From Anaerolineaceae bacterium (GTDB lineage Bacteria; Chloroflexota; Anaerolineae; Anaerolineales; Anaerolineaceae), in contig JAIOTF010000013.1 in NCBI GenBank assembly GCA_021107195.1, positions 1 to 50,463 of the forward strand: a stretch of 50,463 nt of DNA. The letters are read 5' to 3'. The translations under genes were made by a program, and so were the position numbers. Positions 9,537 through 18,926 of the stretch are shown in pieces. The notes under the pieces were generated by a model. That model saw only the letters and a list, made by a program, of their open reading frames with translations. It did no database searches and had not been told where the DNA came from. The first letter of the stretch is position 1. Every line of letters begins with the position of its first letter.

Positions 9537-10142
9537 ATGGCTGTAAGAATTCATGAAAGCGCAGAAGTAGCCAGCGATGCCGTGATCGGTGATGGCACCA
9601 GCATCTGGCACCAATGCCAGGTGCGGCCGGGCGCCCGCATCGGGCAAAATTGTATCCTCGGCAAAGGGGTTTATATTGACGCCGGCGTTGTTCTTGGCAG
9701 CAATGTCAAAATTCAGAACTACGTTTCTGTTTTTCACGGCGTCACTATGGAAGATGGCGTTTTTGTTGGGCCGCATGTGTGTTTCACCAATGACATGCGA
9801 CCGCGGGCCATCAACCCCGACGGCAGTCTCAAAAGTGCCGATGATTGGGAGTTGAGCAAGACCCTCATCAAGAAAGGTGCTGCACTGGGGGCTAATTCCA
9901 CCATCCGCTGCGGCGTTACCATTGATGAGTGGGCCATGGTTGGCTCCGGCAGCGTAGTCACCCGCGATGTGCCTGCTTATGGCCTGGTTTACGGCAACCC
10001 GGCAAAATTGAATGGCTTTGTCTGCCCCTGTGGCGAGGTTCTTGAAAAAGAAGAGGAAAAAGACGGTTTGGTAACAGCCCGCTGTCCGAAATGCGAGGCT
10101 AGGATTGAAATCGCCAAAGAAGATTGGGAGAAAGTTGAATGA
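9537..10142 (+). CDS. wbpD: Hexapeptide-repeat (left-handed beta-helix) N-acetyltransferase, WbpD-like, with a C-terminal Cys4 zinc-ribbon tail
   Basis: Repeated [LIV]G.. hexapeptide pattern (IGDGTSIWHQCQV..GARIGQNCILGKGVYI..). C-terminal CPCG...CPKC. It sits directly before DegT-type aminotransferase, Gfo/Idh/MocA oxidoreductase and dehydrogenase genes. Confidence 0.7.
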   Translation: MAVRIHESAEVASDAVIGDGTSIWHQCQVRPGARIGQNCILGKGVYIDAGVVLGSNVKIQNYVSVFHGVTMEDGVFVGPHVCFTNDMRPRAINPDGSLKSADDWELSKTLIKKGAALGANSTIRCGVTIDEWAMVGSGSVVTRDVPAYGLVYGNPAKLNGFVCPCGEVLEKEEEKDGLVTARCPKCEARIEIAKEDWEKVE

Positions 10143-11221
10143 AGATCAACATAGCTAAACCAGTGATGGGCCCGGAAGAAAAACAAGCGGTTATGGAAGT
10201 CCTCGATTCGGGCATTATCACCCAGGGGCCACGCGTCAAAAAATTCGAAGACGGGTTTGCCGCCATGTGCGGGGTTAAGCATGCCATTGCCACCACCTCC
10301 GGCACCACTGCTCTTCATATTGCTCTTCTGGCGCACGGCATTGGGCCTGGTGATGAAGTCATCACTTCAGCATTTACTTTCATTGCCTCTTCGAACAGCG
10401 TATTATTCGTCGGCGCCCGTCCTGTCTTTGTCGATATTGACCCAAACACTTTTAACCTTGACCCTGCCCAGATCGAAGCGGCCATTACTCCTGAAACCAA
10501 AGCCATCATCCCCGTGCATCTCTTTGGGTTGATGTGTGAGATGGACGCCATTATGGCGATTGCCAAAAAACACAATTTGATCGTCATCGAGGACGCCTGT
10601 CAGGCGCACGACGCCACCTGCAAGGGCAAGAAGGCCGGCTCCTTTGGTACGGGCACTTTCTCGTTTTATCCGACAAAGAACATGACCGCCGGCGAAGGCG
10701 GGATGATCACCGCCGATGACGATCAAATCGACGAACTTTGCCGCGTCATCCGTAATCACGGCATGCGCCGCCGCTATTACCATGATATGCTCGGATATAA
10801 TTTCCGCATGTCGGATATTCATGCCGCGATTGGTCTGGTACAGCTCGGCCGTCTGGCAGGCTACAACCAGAGCCGACAGGCGCATGCTGCTTTCCTTGAC
10901 GCCAATTTGAAAGGTGTTGTGACCCCTTCTGTGCCGGAAGGCCTGGAGCATGTCTACCATCAGTATACGATCCGCATCCCCGACGGTAAGCGGGATGCCC
11001 TCGCTGCTTACCTTAATGAGCAAGGGATCGGTACGATGATTTACTATCCTGTGCCTATTCACAAACAAACCTTTTATCAGGAAGAATACGGCTATGACCA
11101 GCATCTGCCAGAGACCGAGAAGGCCGCTGATGAAGTGCTTTCCCTGCCGGTACATCCTCTGGTCACAGATGACGAAATGGCGCACATCGTAAAATCCGTC
11201 AATCATTTTATGGGAGCATAA
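10139..11221 (+). CDS. wbpE: DegT/DnrJ/EryC1-family PLP-dependent sugar aminotransferase (WbpE-like)
   Basis: Motifs HAIATTSGTTALHIAL and DEVITSAFTFIAS, and the PLP-lysine region FSFYPTKNMTAGEGG. ATGA overlap with the upstream gene. Confidence 0.85.
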   Translation: MKINIAKPVMGPEEKQAVMEVLDSGIITQGPRVKKFEDGFAAMCGVKHAIATTSGTTALHIALLAHGIGPGDEVITSAFTFIASSNSVLFVGARPVFVDIDPNTFNLDPAQIEAAITPETKAIIPVHLFGLMCEMDAIMAIAKKHNLIVIEDACQAHDATCKGKKAGSFGTGTFSFYPTKNMTAGEGGMITADDDQIDELCRVIRNHGMRRRYYHDMLGYNFRMSDIHAAIGLVQLGRLAGYNQSRQAHAAFLDANLKGVVTPSVPEGLEHVYHQYTIRIPDGKRDALAAYLNEQGIGTMIYYPVPIHKQTFYQEEYGYDQHLPETEKAADEVLSLPVHPLVTDDEMAHIVKSVNHFMGA

Positions 11222-11223
11222 GT

Positions 11224-12222
11224 ATGACCTTACGAGTGGCAGTGATCGGTGTCGGCTCAATGGGCAAGAACCACGCACGCGTCTATGCAGACTTGCCGGA
11301 TGTGGAACTGGCAGCTGTTTCGGATGTCTCGCCAGAGTTAGCGCAGTCGATTGGCGAAAAATACGGCGTGCCCGGCTATGCCGATTATCGCCGGATGCTG
11401 TCTGTTGAGAAGCCGGATGCGGTGTCCATCGTTGTGCCGACCGCCATGCATGAAGAGGTGGCTCTGGCAGTGATGGAGGCAGGCGTGCATTTATTGATCG
11501 AAAAACCCATCGCTGCCACCGTTGATGAAGGCCGACGCATTATCCAGCGTGCCAAAGAGTTGGAACGTGTGCTGATGGTTGGTCATATTGTGCGTTTCAA
11601 TCCCGCCATGCAGGAACTGAAGAAAAAGCTCCAGGCAGGCGAACTCGGTCGAATCTTTCAGGTCTTCTGCCGCCGGGCAGGCCCTTTCCCTGCCCGCATT
11701 CGCGATGTTGGTGTGGTTGTTGACCTTGCCCCGCATGATGTTGACGTGATGCGCTTCTTATTGGGTGAAGACCCCAAACGAGTCTTTGCCGAGACCGAAC
11801 AGCGCATTCACACCGACCACGAAGACCTCCTCTTTGGCTTGCTGCGCTTCCCACACGGCGTAACCGGAGCAGTGGAGATCAACTGGCTTACCCCCACCAA
11901 AATGCGTGAGACCCTGGTTTTAGGTGAACGCGGCCTTTTCCGCGTCGATGATCTTACTCAGGATCTCTACTTCTATGAGAATGCTCAAACCGCCGGTGAA
12001 CTCTGGGCTGGTTTGCGCACTATCAAGGGCGTCAGCGAAGGCAGCATGATCCGCTACACTTTGCAGCGCTACGAGCCATTGAAAGCCGAATTACAGGCCT
12101 TTGTGCAGGCTGTGAACGGCGAGATTGCTGTGCCGATTACGGGTGAAGATGGTCTCGCGGCCCTGCGTCTCGCTTTGGCTCTGGTCGAGTCCGGCAGGAC
12201 CCATCAGGTGATCGAGGTATAA
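11224..12222 (+). CDS. wbpB: Gfo/Idh/MocA-family NAD-dependent sugar oxidoreductase (WbpB-like 3-dehydrogenase)
   Basis: N-terminal Rossmann motif VAVIGVGSMGKNHARVY and the EKP motif (LLIEKPIA). The operon context matches the WbpA/B/E/D pathway. Confidence 0.75.
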   Translation: MTLRVAVIGVGSMGKNHARVYADLPDVELAAVSDVSPELAQSIGEKYGVPGYADYRRMLSVEKPDAVSIVVPTAMHEEVALAVMEAGVHLLIEKPIAATVDEGRRIIQRAKELERVLMVGHIVRFNPAMQELKKKLQAGELGRIFQVFCRRAGPFPARIRDVGVVVDLAPHDVDVMRFLLGEDPKRVFAETEQRIHTDHEDLLFGLLRFPHGVTGAVEINWLTPTKMRETLVLGERGLFRVDDLTQDLYFYENAQTAGELWAGLRTIKGVSEGSMIRYTLQRYEPLKAELQAFVQAVNGEIAVPITGEDGLAALRLALALVESGRTHQVIEV

Positions 12223-12224
12223 GT

Positions 12225-13550
12225 ATGTTCCTGACTGATTTAAAATCCCGCATTCTCTCCAGGCAGGCCAAAGTTGCCGTGATTGGTCTCGGTTATGTTG
12301 GTTTGCCAGTGGCCTGCATGTTCGCCGATGAAGGTTTTGATACCCTCGGTGTGGACATCAAGCTGGAGCGCATTGACAAGATCAGCGCCGGTGTTTCCCC
12401 GATAGAAGGGGATGAACCGGGCTTGCAGGAATTGCTTGACCGCGTGCATGCATCCGGCAGGCTGCGCGCCACAAATGCGTATAGCCTGTTGTCTGACTGT
12501 GATGTGGTGCTGATCGATGTTGAAACTCCAGTGGACGCGCACAATCAGCCGCGTTATGCCGCTTTGCGGGCAGCGTTGCAAAGTCTGGCACCGGTTCTGA
12601 AAGAAGGTGCTCTCGTCATCGTCGAGTCCACCATCGCCCCCGGCACCATGCAAAAAGTCGTCTTGCCTTTGCTCAGTGCAGGCAGCGGACTAGAGCTGGA
12701 TCATAGTTTCTTTCTCGGTAACTGCCCTGAACGCGTGATGCCCGGTAAATTGCTGCATAACCTTGCCCATCTCAGCCGGGTGGTGGGCGGCAGCACGCCC
12801 GAAACCGCCGAAACGATGGCTGTGCTGTACAGCTGCATTGTCAAGGCTGACCTTGACTCCGCTGACTGGATCACTGCCGAGCTGGTTAAGACCACCGAAA
12901 ACGCCTACCGTGATGTGCAGATTGCCTTTGCCAATGAAGTTGCTTTGATCTGCGAAGTGATGGGAGCTGATGTCTGGAAAGTGCGCGAGCTGGTTAACAA
13001 AAGCCCCTTCCGCAATATGCACTTGCCTGGGGCTGGCGTAGGCGGGCACTGCATCCCCAAAGACCCCTGGCTGCTGGCATATGGTGTGCATGACACAGGG
13101 CTGGATTTACGTGTTATTCCTGCCGCCCGTGCGGTCAATGACAGTATGCCCCATCACATGGCAGACCTGACGATTGCGATGTTGGCTAAAGCGGGGGTGT
13201 CTGTTGATGCAGCCCGCATTCTTGTCATGGGCTATGCTTACCTTGAAAATTCGGACGACACGCGCAACAGTCCATCGGAAGCTCTTGTCGCGCGTTTCCA
13301 GGAACTGGGCGCCTATATCGCTGTTCACGATCCCTTTGTTGCTGGTTATCAGGGTGATCTCCTAAATATGGCTCAGGGCTGTGATGCAGTTGTGGTGATG
13401 GTCAAGCATCAAGCCTATCAGCAGTTGGACTTGCCAGCCCTGGGCGCTGCCATGCGCCATCTCCTGCTGATCGACGGACGCAAAGTATTTGAGAGGCACC
13501 AGGCCGAAGCTGCCGGTTTTGTCTATCAAGGTATCGGCCAGGGGCAATAA
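12225..13550 (+). CDS. wbpA: UDP-N-acetyl-hexosamine 6-dehydrogenase (WbpA/WecC-like)
   Basis: VAVIGLGYVGLPVACMFA Rossmann motif and the GGHCIPKDP catalytic-Cys motif. It is a paralogue of the 588-1910 product. Confidence 0.8.
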   Translation: MFLTDLKSRILSRQAKVAVIGLGYVGLPVACMFADEGFDTLGVDIKLERIDKISAGVSPIEGDEPGLQELLDRVHASGRLRATNAYSLLSDCDVVLIDVETPVDAHNQPRYAALRAALQSLAPVLKEGALVIVESTIAPGTMQKVVLPLLSAGSGLELDHSFFLGNCPERVMPGKLLHNLAHLSRVVGGSTPETAETMAVLYSCIVKADLDSADWITAELVKTTENAYRDVQIAFANEVALICEVMGADVWKVRELVNKSPFRNMHLPGAGVGGHCIPKDPWLLAYGVHDTGLDLRVIPAARAVNDSMPHHMADLTIAMLAKAGVSVDAARILVMGYAYLENSDDTRNSPSEALVARFQELGAYIAVHDPFVAGYQGDLLNMAQGCDAVVVMVKHQAYQQLDLPALGAAMRHLLLIDGRKVFERHQAEAAGFVYQGIGQGQ

Positions 13551-13585
13551 CCTGTGAATACAATGCCAAATATTGGAAAGCAAAG

Positions 13586-15577
13586 ATGAAAGAAACCCTT
13601 TTATTACTCCTCTGGATCGCACTCTGGTCCCTGGGCGGCGTATGGATCGTCCGCAGTGCCTTCAACTTGCGTCCCAATGAACAATTCATCGCCGGTATTG
13701 GTGTCGGCCTCATCTTCGAAAACTGGGTTGCCAACCTTGCCGGTCAACTTTTCCCCGAGCTATTTGCCTTCTGGTTGGCGCCGATCATTGTATTGCTCAC
13801 CGGGCTGGTCTTTTCCTGGCAGACCTTGCGCAAAGACTGGCGTTCGTTATTCTGCTTTAGACTCAATCCTTTGCAGATCGCGCTTTTGCTTGGTTTGGTC
13901 TACGTTTTCTTTATGGTTGGACGCGGCCTGGCCATTCTCGATGATTATCAAAATCTGCCGGTCACATCCCTGCTGGCAGCCGGGGAGATTCCTCCCCGCT
14001 TTGCCCTTGACCCTGCGGTCAGTTTTAATTATCACTACCTGGTGCTCCTCTTTTCGGCGCAGTTAATGCGCGTTGGGGGGATATATCCCTGGCTGGCTCT
14101 TGACCTGGCCCGCGCCATTGGTTTTTCCATCGGCTTGATGTTGACAGGCTTGTATGTCCAGCGCATCACGTGGAGCAAAATGGCGGGAGTCGTCGCTGGA
14201 GTAGTGGCTGCCTTTGGCGGGGGAACCCGCTGGTTGATGCTCTTGCTGCCCGGGCGCATCCTTGACCGTATGGCCCCCCATTTGCAGATGCTGGGCGCCT
14301 ATGCCAACTTCTCCGACCTGTCTCAGGCCCTGGTTTCCGGTTTTCCGGTGGATACGGGTGCCCGCTGGGATATCCCCTTTGCCTATGCCAATGGGCTCAA
14401 CGGGGTAAGCGTGTGGGGGTATCATTCCGGACACACCGCCTTCACGGCAGTCATTATCGGCATTTTGTTCCTGACCCACAATCGTCAACGGGAATGGTAT
14501 GGGGGCGTGGTAACCGCTATCCTTCTGGCTGGACTGGCCCTGGTCAGCGAAGTGGCATTTACTACCTTGGTGGTGGGGTTGGTGCTGATTGCGCTCATTT
14601 ACGCTATCCAGCATAAATCCCTGCGCTTGCCGGCCTCTCTCTGGTCCTGGTTCTGGGTGGTGGCCGCCGCTGGTGTAGTTTCCCTCTTTCAGGGAGGGGT
14701 GATTACCGGCGTAGTTGTCAGCAAGCTGGGCGAGATTTTCAACCCTGCACAGGTAACGGCTTCATATTTCACCGGCGGTTTTTCTCTGCTCTGGCCGCCA
14801 GCAGTGCTTTCCGGCCATCTCGGCTTTTTAGAGATCACCGACCCCTACCAGTTATTGGCAATCCTGTTTGAGGTGGGGCCGACGATCATCATTCTGCCGT
14901 TGGTTGCCATTTGGGCAGTCAAGACTTATCGCTGGGGACGTTGGTATGAAGCCGCTGTTTTCATTTATGCCTTCCTCAGTTGTGTTCTCTTCTTTGTGCG
15001 TTATGACGGCTCGGCTGGTCCCACCGCTCTGATCCGGGCACAAAACTTCACCGGTCTCACTATTACCTGGGCTGTGCCTGTGCTTTGGCTGTGGGGGCGC
15101 AAGCGCTCGGACACTATCAAGACTTTGATTGCTGCTCTTCTCCTCCTTACTATCTATGGCGGTATGGTTGTCTTTGGTGCCGGGTTGACCGCTGCCCGCG
15201 AACCACTGGTTGGCACCTTTATGAATGATCTCGATGCCCGCATGCTTGACCGCTATTGGGATCAGCTTCCCCAGGATGCACTTATTTTTGATCCTTCACC
15301 TTCCAGGGCACCTACCGTTTTTGCCCGTTATACCGATTCACATCTCACCTGGTATGTTGAAAAACCGCAGTGGCAGGAGCTAAAGACTGTACCGGAGCCG
15401 TACGCTTTACATCGTGCCGGGTTTGATTATGTCTATCTGGACCATGCCTATTGGACGAGTCTTTCCCAGGTTGATCAGGAAGTTTTTGTTGATGAGTGCA
15501 TGACCCTTGTTGCGGAAGAAAACGCCAAACACGGCGATGATTTCCGCCGCTTGTTGGATATTCGCAGTTGTCAATAA
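13586..15577 (+). CDS. Large polytopic membrane protein with a C-terminal soluble domain, function unknown (possible GT-C-type glycan transferase/polymerase)
   Basis: 663 aa. About 500 aa are hydrophobic helices, followed by a ~140-aa hydrophilic tail (RMLDRYWDQLPQDALIFDPSP...). It is the last gene of the glycan operon. Confidence 0.6.
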   Translation: MKETLLLLLWIALWSLGGVWIVRSAFNLRPNEQFIAGIGVGLIFENWVANLAGQLFPELFAFWLAPIIVLLTGLVFSWQTLRKDWRSLFCFRLNPLQIALLLGLVYVFFMVGRGLAILDDYQNLPVTSLLAAGEIPPRFALDPAVSFNYHYLVLLFSAQLMRVGGIYPWLALDLARAIGFSIGLMLTGLYVQRITWSKMAGVVAGVVAAFGGGTRWLMLLLPGRILDRMAPHLQMLGAYANFSDLSQALVSGFPVDTGARWDIPFAYANGLNGVSVWGYHSGHTAFTAVIIGILFLTHNRQREWYGGVVTAILLAGLALVSEVAFTTLVVGLVLIALIYAIQHKSLRLPASLWSWFWVVAAAGVVSLFQGGVITGVVVSKLGEIFNPAQVTASYFTGGFSLLWPPAVLSGHLGFLEITDPYQLLAILFEVGPTIIILPLVAIWAVKTYRWGRWYEAAVFIYAFLSCVLFFVRYDGSAGPTALIRAQNFTGLTITWAVPVLWLWGRKRSDTIKTLIAALLLLTIYGGMVVFGAGLTAAREPLVGTFMNDLDARMLDRYWDQLPQDALIFDPSPSRAPTVFARYTDSHLTWYVEKPQWQELKTVPEPYALHRAGFDYVYLDHAYWTSLSQVDQEVFVDECMTLVAEENAKHGDDFRRLLDIRSCQ

Positions 15578-15716
15578 ACCCAATATGATGTAGAATCCAG
15601 CCTTGTTGTCTGGACGATAATTATACCGGTTGCATCACATGCAAACTTTCAGGTAAAATTAGCTCGCGAAAACAGAAATCATTCACTGAATTCAGGTGTG
15701 CAAAAAAGGACAGCTT

Positions 15717-17873
15717 ATGAATAATGTAAAAGAGATCATTCCTAATAATTTCAACTTGCCAGAGCGAATCAGCAGGTTGGGCGAATTTGCCTATAACCTG
15801 TGGTGGGTGTGGAATCCGGAGACCCAGCGTGTTTTCTCCTGGATCCAGCCGACCCTGTGGGAACGCGTCAACCATAATCCGGTGATGTTCCTGAAGAAGG
15901 TTGCATCAGAACGATTGCAGGCTGCCACTGAAGACGAAGAATATCTGGCGCATTATGATCAGGCCATTGAACAATTTGACCGTTATATGGCCAATGGCGA
16001 CACCTGGTGTGCTAACGAGGCCGGAGAAGTTAACAAAGGCCAGATCGCTTATTTCTCCTTTGAATTCGGGCTGCATGAATCTGTCCCGGTTTATGCCGGT
16101 GGTTTGGGCATTTTGTCCGGCGACCATCTGAAAGAGGCCAGCGATCTCGGTTTGCCCCTGGTCGGTGTCGGGTTCATTTACCAGCAGGGGTATTTCACCC
16201 AGACCATCACCGAAGACGGCTGGCAGGAAACCCGAAATTATTATCTCAATTTTGAAGAGATGCCCATTATTCCCCTTCTGGATGCTGATGACAACCCGGT
16301 CGAGATATCGGTCATGTTGTCCGACCATGTGGTCTGGGCCCGCCTATGGAAGATGCAGGTTGGACGGGTATCGCTTTATTTGTTGGATTCCAATCTGGAT
16401 CAAAACTCACCCGTCGACCGCCAGCTCACCGCGCGCCTTTATTCCAATGATCTCGAAGTACGCATCTCGCAGGAGATTTTGTTAGGAATTGGCGGCGTGC
16501 ATGCCTTACGCCGCCTGGGATTGTATCCCACGGTCTGGCACATGAACGAAGGCCATTCGGCTTTCCTCGGTTTGGAGAGAGCGTGCGAGATCATCAAGCA
16601 GAGCGGCGTCAGCTTTAAAGAAGCGGCTGAAGAGGTACGCAAGACCAATGTCTTTACCACCCACACCCCAGTCCCCGCAGGTAATGACCAATTCCCCGTG
16701 TGGCTGGTGGAAAAATACTTCTACAACTACTGGTCGCAGCTTGGTTTGAGCAGGGATGACTTCATTCAACTTGCATGCCATGAACAACCCTGGGGTGAGA
16801 CCTTCAGCATGCCGGTGCTTGCTCTGCGCCTGTCAGAGTACGCCAATGGCGTTTCCAAATTGCACGGTCAGGTTTCCCGCAAGATGTGGCATTTTTTGTG
16901 GCCAGAGAAGGAAGAACAGGATGTACCCATTAGTCATGTGACTAATGGTGTGCACAATGGTTCCTGGTTAGCCAGGCGCACCCGCGTCCTCTTCGATAAT
17001 TATCTTGGTGAAGACTGGATGGAGCATATTGATGACATCGCCATGTGGGATAAAGTGCTCGACATTCCCGATGAAGAACTGTGGGCTATTCGCCGCCATT
17101 TGAAGCGCAAGCTGACCATGTTTGCCAATCGCCGTGTGCGCCGCCAGTGGCTGAGCAACACCGTGCATCCGGTGCAGGTGATTGCGGGCGGTGCCATGCT
17201 GGAGCCGTATTCCCTCACTATTGGCTTTGCCCGCCGCTTTGCCACTTACAAACGTGGTTATCTCATCTTCCGTGATTTTGATCGTTTGCTGCGTATCATC
17301 AATGATGAAGACCGTCCGGTGCAGATCATATTTGCCGGCAAGGCCCACCCGGCTGACGAGCCTGGCAAGATGCTTATTCAACAGGTTTACCGCGCTGTCA
17401 AAGATGCCAAAACAGGTGGTCGTCTGGTTTTTCTCGAAGATTATGATATGAACGTAGCCCGTTACCTTGTTCAGGGTGTTGATGTGTGGCTGAACACCCC
17501 GCGCCGTCCCAATGAAGCTTCTGGCACGTCGGGCATGAAAGCAGCTATGAATGGCGCTTTGAACTTCTCGATCATGGATGGCTGGTGGTATGAAGGCTAC
17601 AATGGTCACAATGGTTGGGCGATCGGTGATGGTACGGAATATGCTGACCACAATCAGCAGGACGATGCCGATGCAGAGGTCCTGTACAATGTGTTGGAAA
17701 ACGAGATCATTCCGCTTTATTACAGCGGCCGCCTGGGCGACAGCATGTCGCGCGGCTGGATGGAAATGGTCAAGGAATCCATTCGCACCCTTTCACCGCA
17801 GTTCAGCATGAGCCGCATGGTTAAAGAATATACTCGTAACTTCTATCAACCCGCAGCGGGCGAGAAGAAGTAA
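15717..17873 (+). CDS. glgP: Alpha-glucan (glycogen/maltodextrin) phosphorylase, GT35, alpha-glucan-family type
   Basis: ORF 15696-17873; AAGGA lies upstream of ATG 15717. The N-terminal FAYNLWWVWNPE region is typical of this subfamily. PLP-lysine motif EASGTSGMKAAMNGALNFSIMDGWW. Confidence 0.9.
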   Translation: MNNVKEIIPNNFNLPERISRLGEFAYNLWWVWNPETQRVFSWIQPTLWERVNHNPVMFLKKVASERLQAATEDEEYLAHYDQAIEQFDRYMANGDTWCANEAGEVNKGQIAYFSFEFGLHESVPVYAGGLGILSGDHLKEASDLGLPLVGVGFIYQQGYFTQTITEDGWQETRNYYLNFEEMPIIPLLDADDNPVEISVMLSDHVVWARLWKMQVGRVSLYLLDSNLDQNSPVDRQLTARLYSNDLEVRISQEILLGIGGVHALRRLGLYPTVWHMNEGHSAFLGLERACEIIKQSGVSFKEAAEEVRKTNVFTTHTPVPAGNDQFPVWLVEKYFYNYWSQLGLSRDDFIQLACHEQPWGETFSMPVLALRLSEYANGVSKLHGQVSRKMWHFLWPEKEEQDVPISHVTNGVHNGSWLARRTRVLFDNYLGEDWMEHIDDIAMWDKVLDIPDEELWAIRRHLKRKLTMFANRRVRRQWLSNTVHPVQVIAGGAMLEPYSLTIGFARRFATYKRGYLIFRDFDRLLRIINDEDRPVQIIFAGKAHPADEPGKMLIQQVYRAVKDAKTGGRLVFLEDYDMNVARYLVQGVDVWLNTPRRPNEASGTSGMKAAMNGALNFSIMDGWWYEGYNGHNGWAIGDGTEYADHNQQDDADAEVLYNVLENEIIPLYYSGRLGDSMSRGWMEMVKESIRTLSPQFSMSRMVKEYTRNFYQPAAGEKK

Positions 17874-17903
17874 ACTGTTCTGACGGCAAAACAAGAAAAA
17901 CTG

Positions 17904-17953
17904 CATGGCAGTGAGGTTCTGCTTCGGTCAGAGCCGGGCTGCCATGTTTTTCT
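17904..17953 (+). terminator. Rho-independent terminator after glgP
   Basis: Outer stem CATGGCAG...CTGCCATG. An inner stem GGTTCTG/CAGAGCC flanks a CTTCGGT loop. It is followed by TTTTTCT. Confidence 0.7.
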
Positions 17954-18078
17954 GTCTAATTTAGACAACACAGTATACAATGATAAGAGGATTGGTGTTT
18001 TCATTTGGACCCAAGGCCTCGATGATAAGTAGATGGGCACATCCTGAAGGTATCAGGATTTGCTGATGGAGTGAAGAA

Positions 18079-18624
18079 ATGAATGATTTATTAAGTTCAA
18101 CTTTGTTTACGCAGCCGATTTGGGTGGGAGCGTTGATCATTTTTTTATTACGGATGATCAATATCTCAATGGATACGGTGCGGTTGTTGTTCATGATCCA
18201 GGGCAGGAAATTCATTGTCTGGATTTTGGGATTTATTCAATCCATCCTGTTTGTGGTGGCAATTGGTTCGGTGCTTTCCAGACTGGATAATGTCTGGTTC
18301 CTGCTGGCCTATGCCGGTGGTTATTCTACGGGTGCATTTGTAGGTATGTGGGTTGAAGAGCGCCTGGCATTGGGCCATCTTCAGGTGACGATCATCTCAA
18401 CCTCATTAGGCACCTCGATCGCAGAGCATTTGCGCTCAGAAGGATTCGCTGTCACTGAAATTCCAGCCCGCGGCAAAGACGGGATGGTCAGCATTTTGCA
18501 CTGCGATGTCATGCGCAAAGACCTGCATTTGATAGAAACAGTCACCATGGAAGCAGATCCTAAAGCTTTCATCACCACTGAAAACGTGCGGCCATTGCGG
18601 GCGGGTTTCTGGCGCAACAAATAG
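18079..18624 (+). CDS. UPF0316-family small membrane protein (N-terminal TM region plus DUF2179-type C-terminal domain)
   Basis: 181 aa. Three N-terminal helices carry the RMINISMDTVRLLFMIQGRK motif. The C-terminal alpha/beta domain (ITIISTSLG..IAEHLRSEGFAVTEIPARGKDG) is characteristic of UPF0316/YebE-like proteins. Confidence 0.7.
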   Translation: MNDLLSSTLFTQPIWVGALIIFLLRMINISMDTVRLLFMIQGRKFIVWILGFIQSILFVVAIGSVLSRLDNVWFLLAYAGGYSTGAFVGMWVEERLALGHLQVTIISTSLGTSIAEHLRSEGFAVTEIPARGKDGMVSILHCDVMRKDLHLIETVTMEADPKAFITTENVRPLRAGFWRNK

Positions 18625-18926
18625 AATACTTTAAAGTGGCTGCTTGCGCCTCATTTTGGGATAGGATGGCTGAGAAAAAGGGGATTCTTCCTGATTTCTC
18701 ATGAAATTCTTTTCTGAATCAGTGTTTTTGGCATACATACTGCACTATAACAGATGGAGTTCTTTGTCTATTTACAGGACGAGTTTTACCAAAAATCTAC
18801 TATGATTTTTGATAAAACAGGCTATACTATAGATTAAGGAAAAGGTTAAGGGACTTGAATTGCGGTCTTTTATTAAAAGGACAGAAAAGTTTAAGTGGAC
18901 GTATGTATTGCAATAGGAGGATGAAC

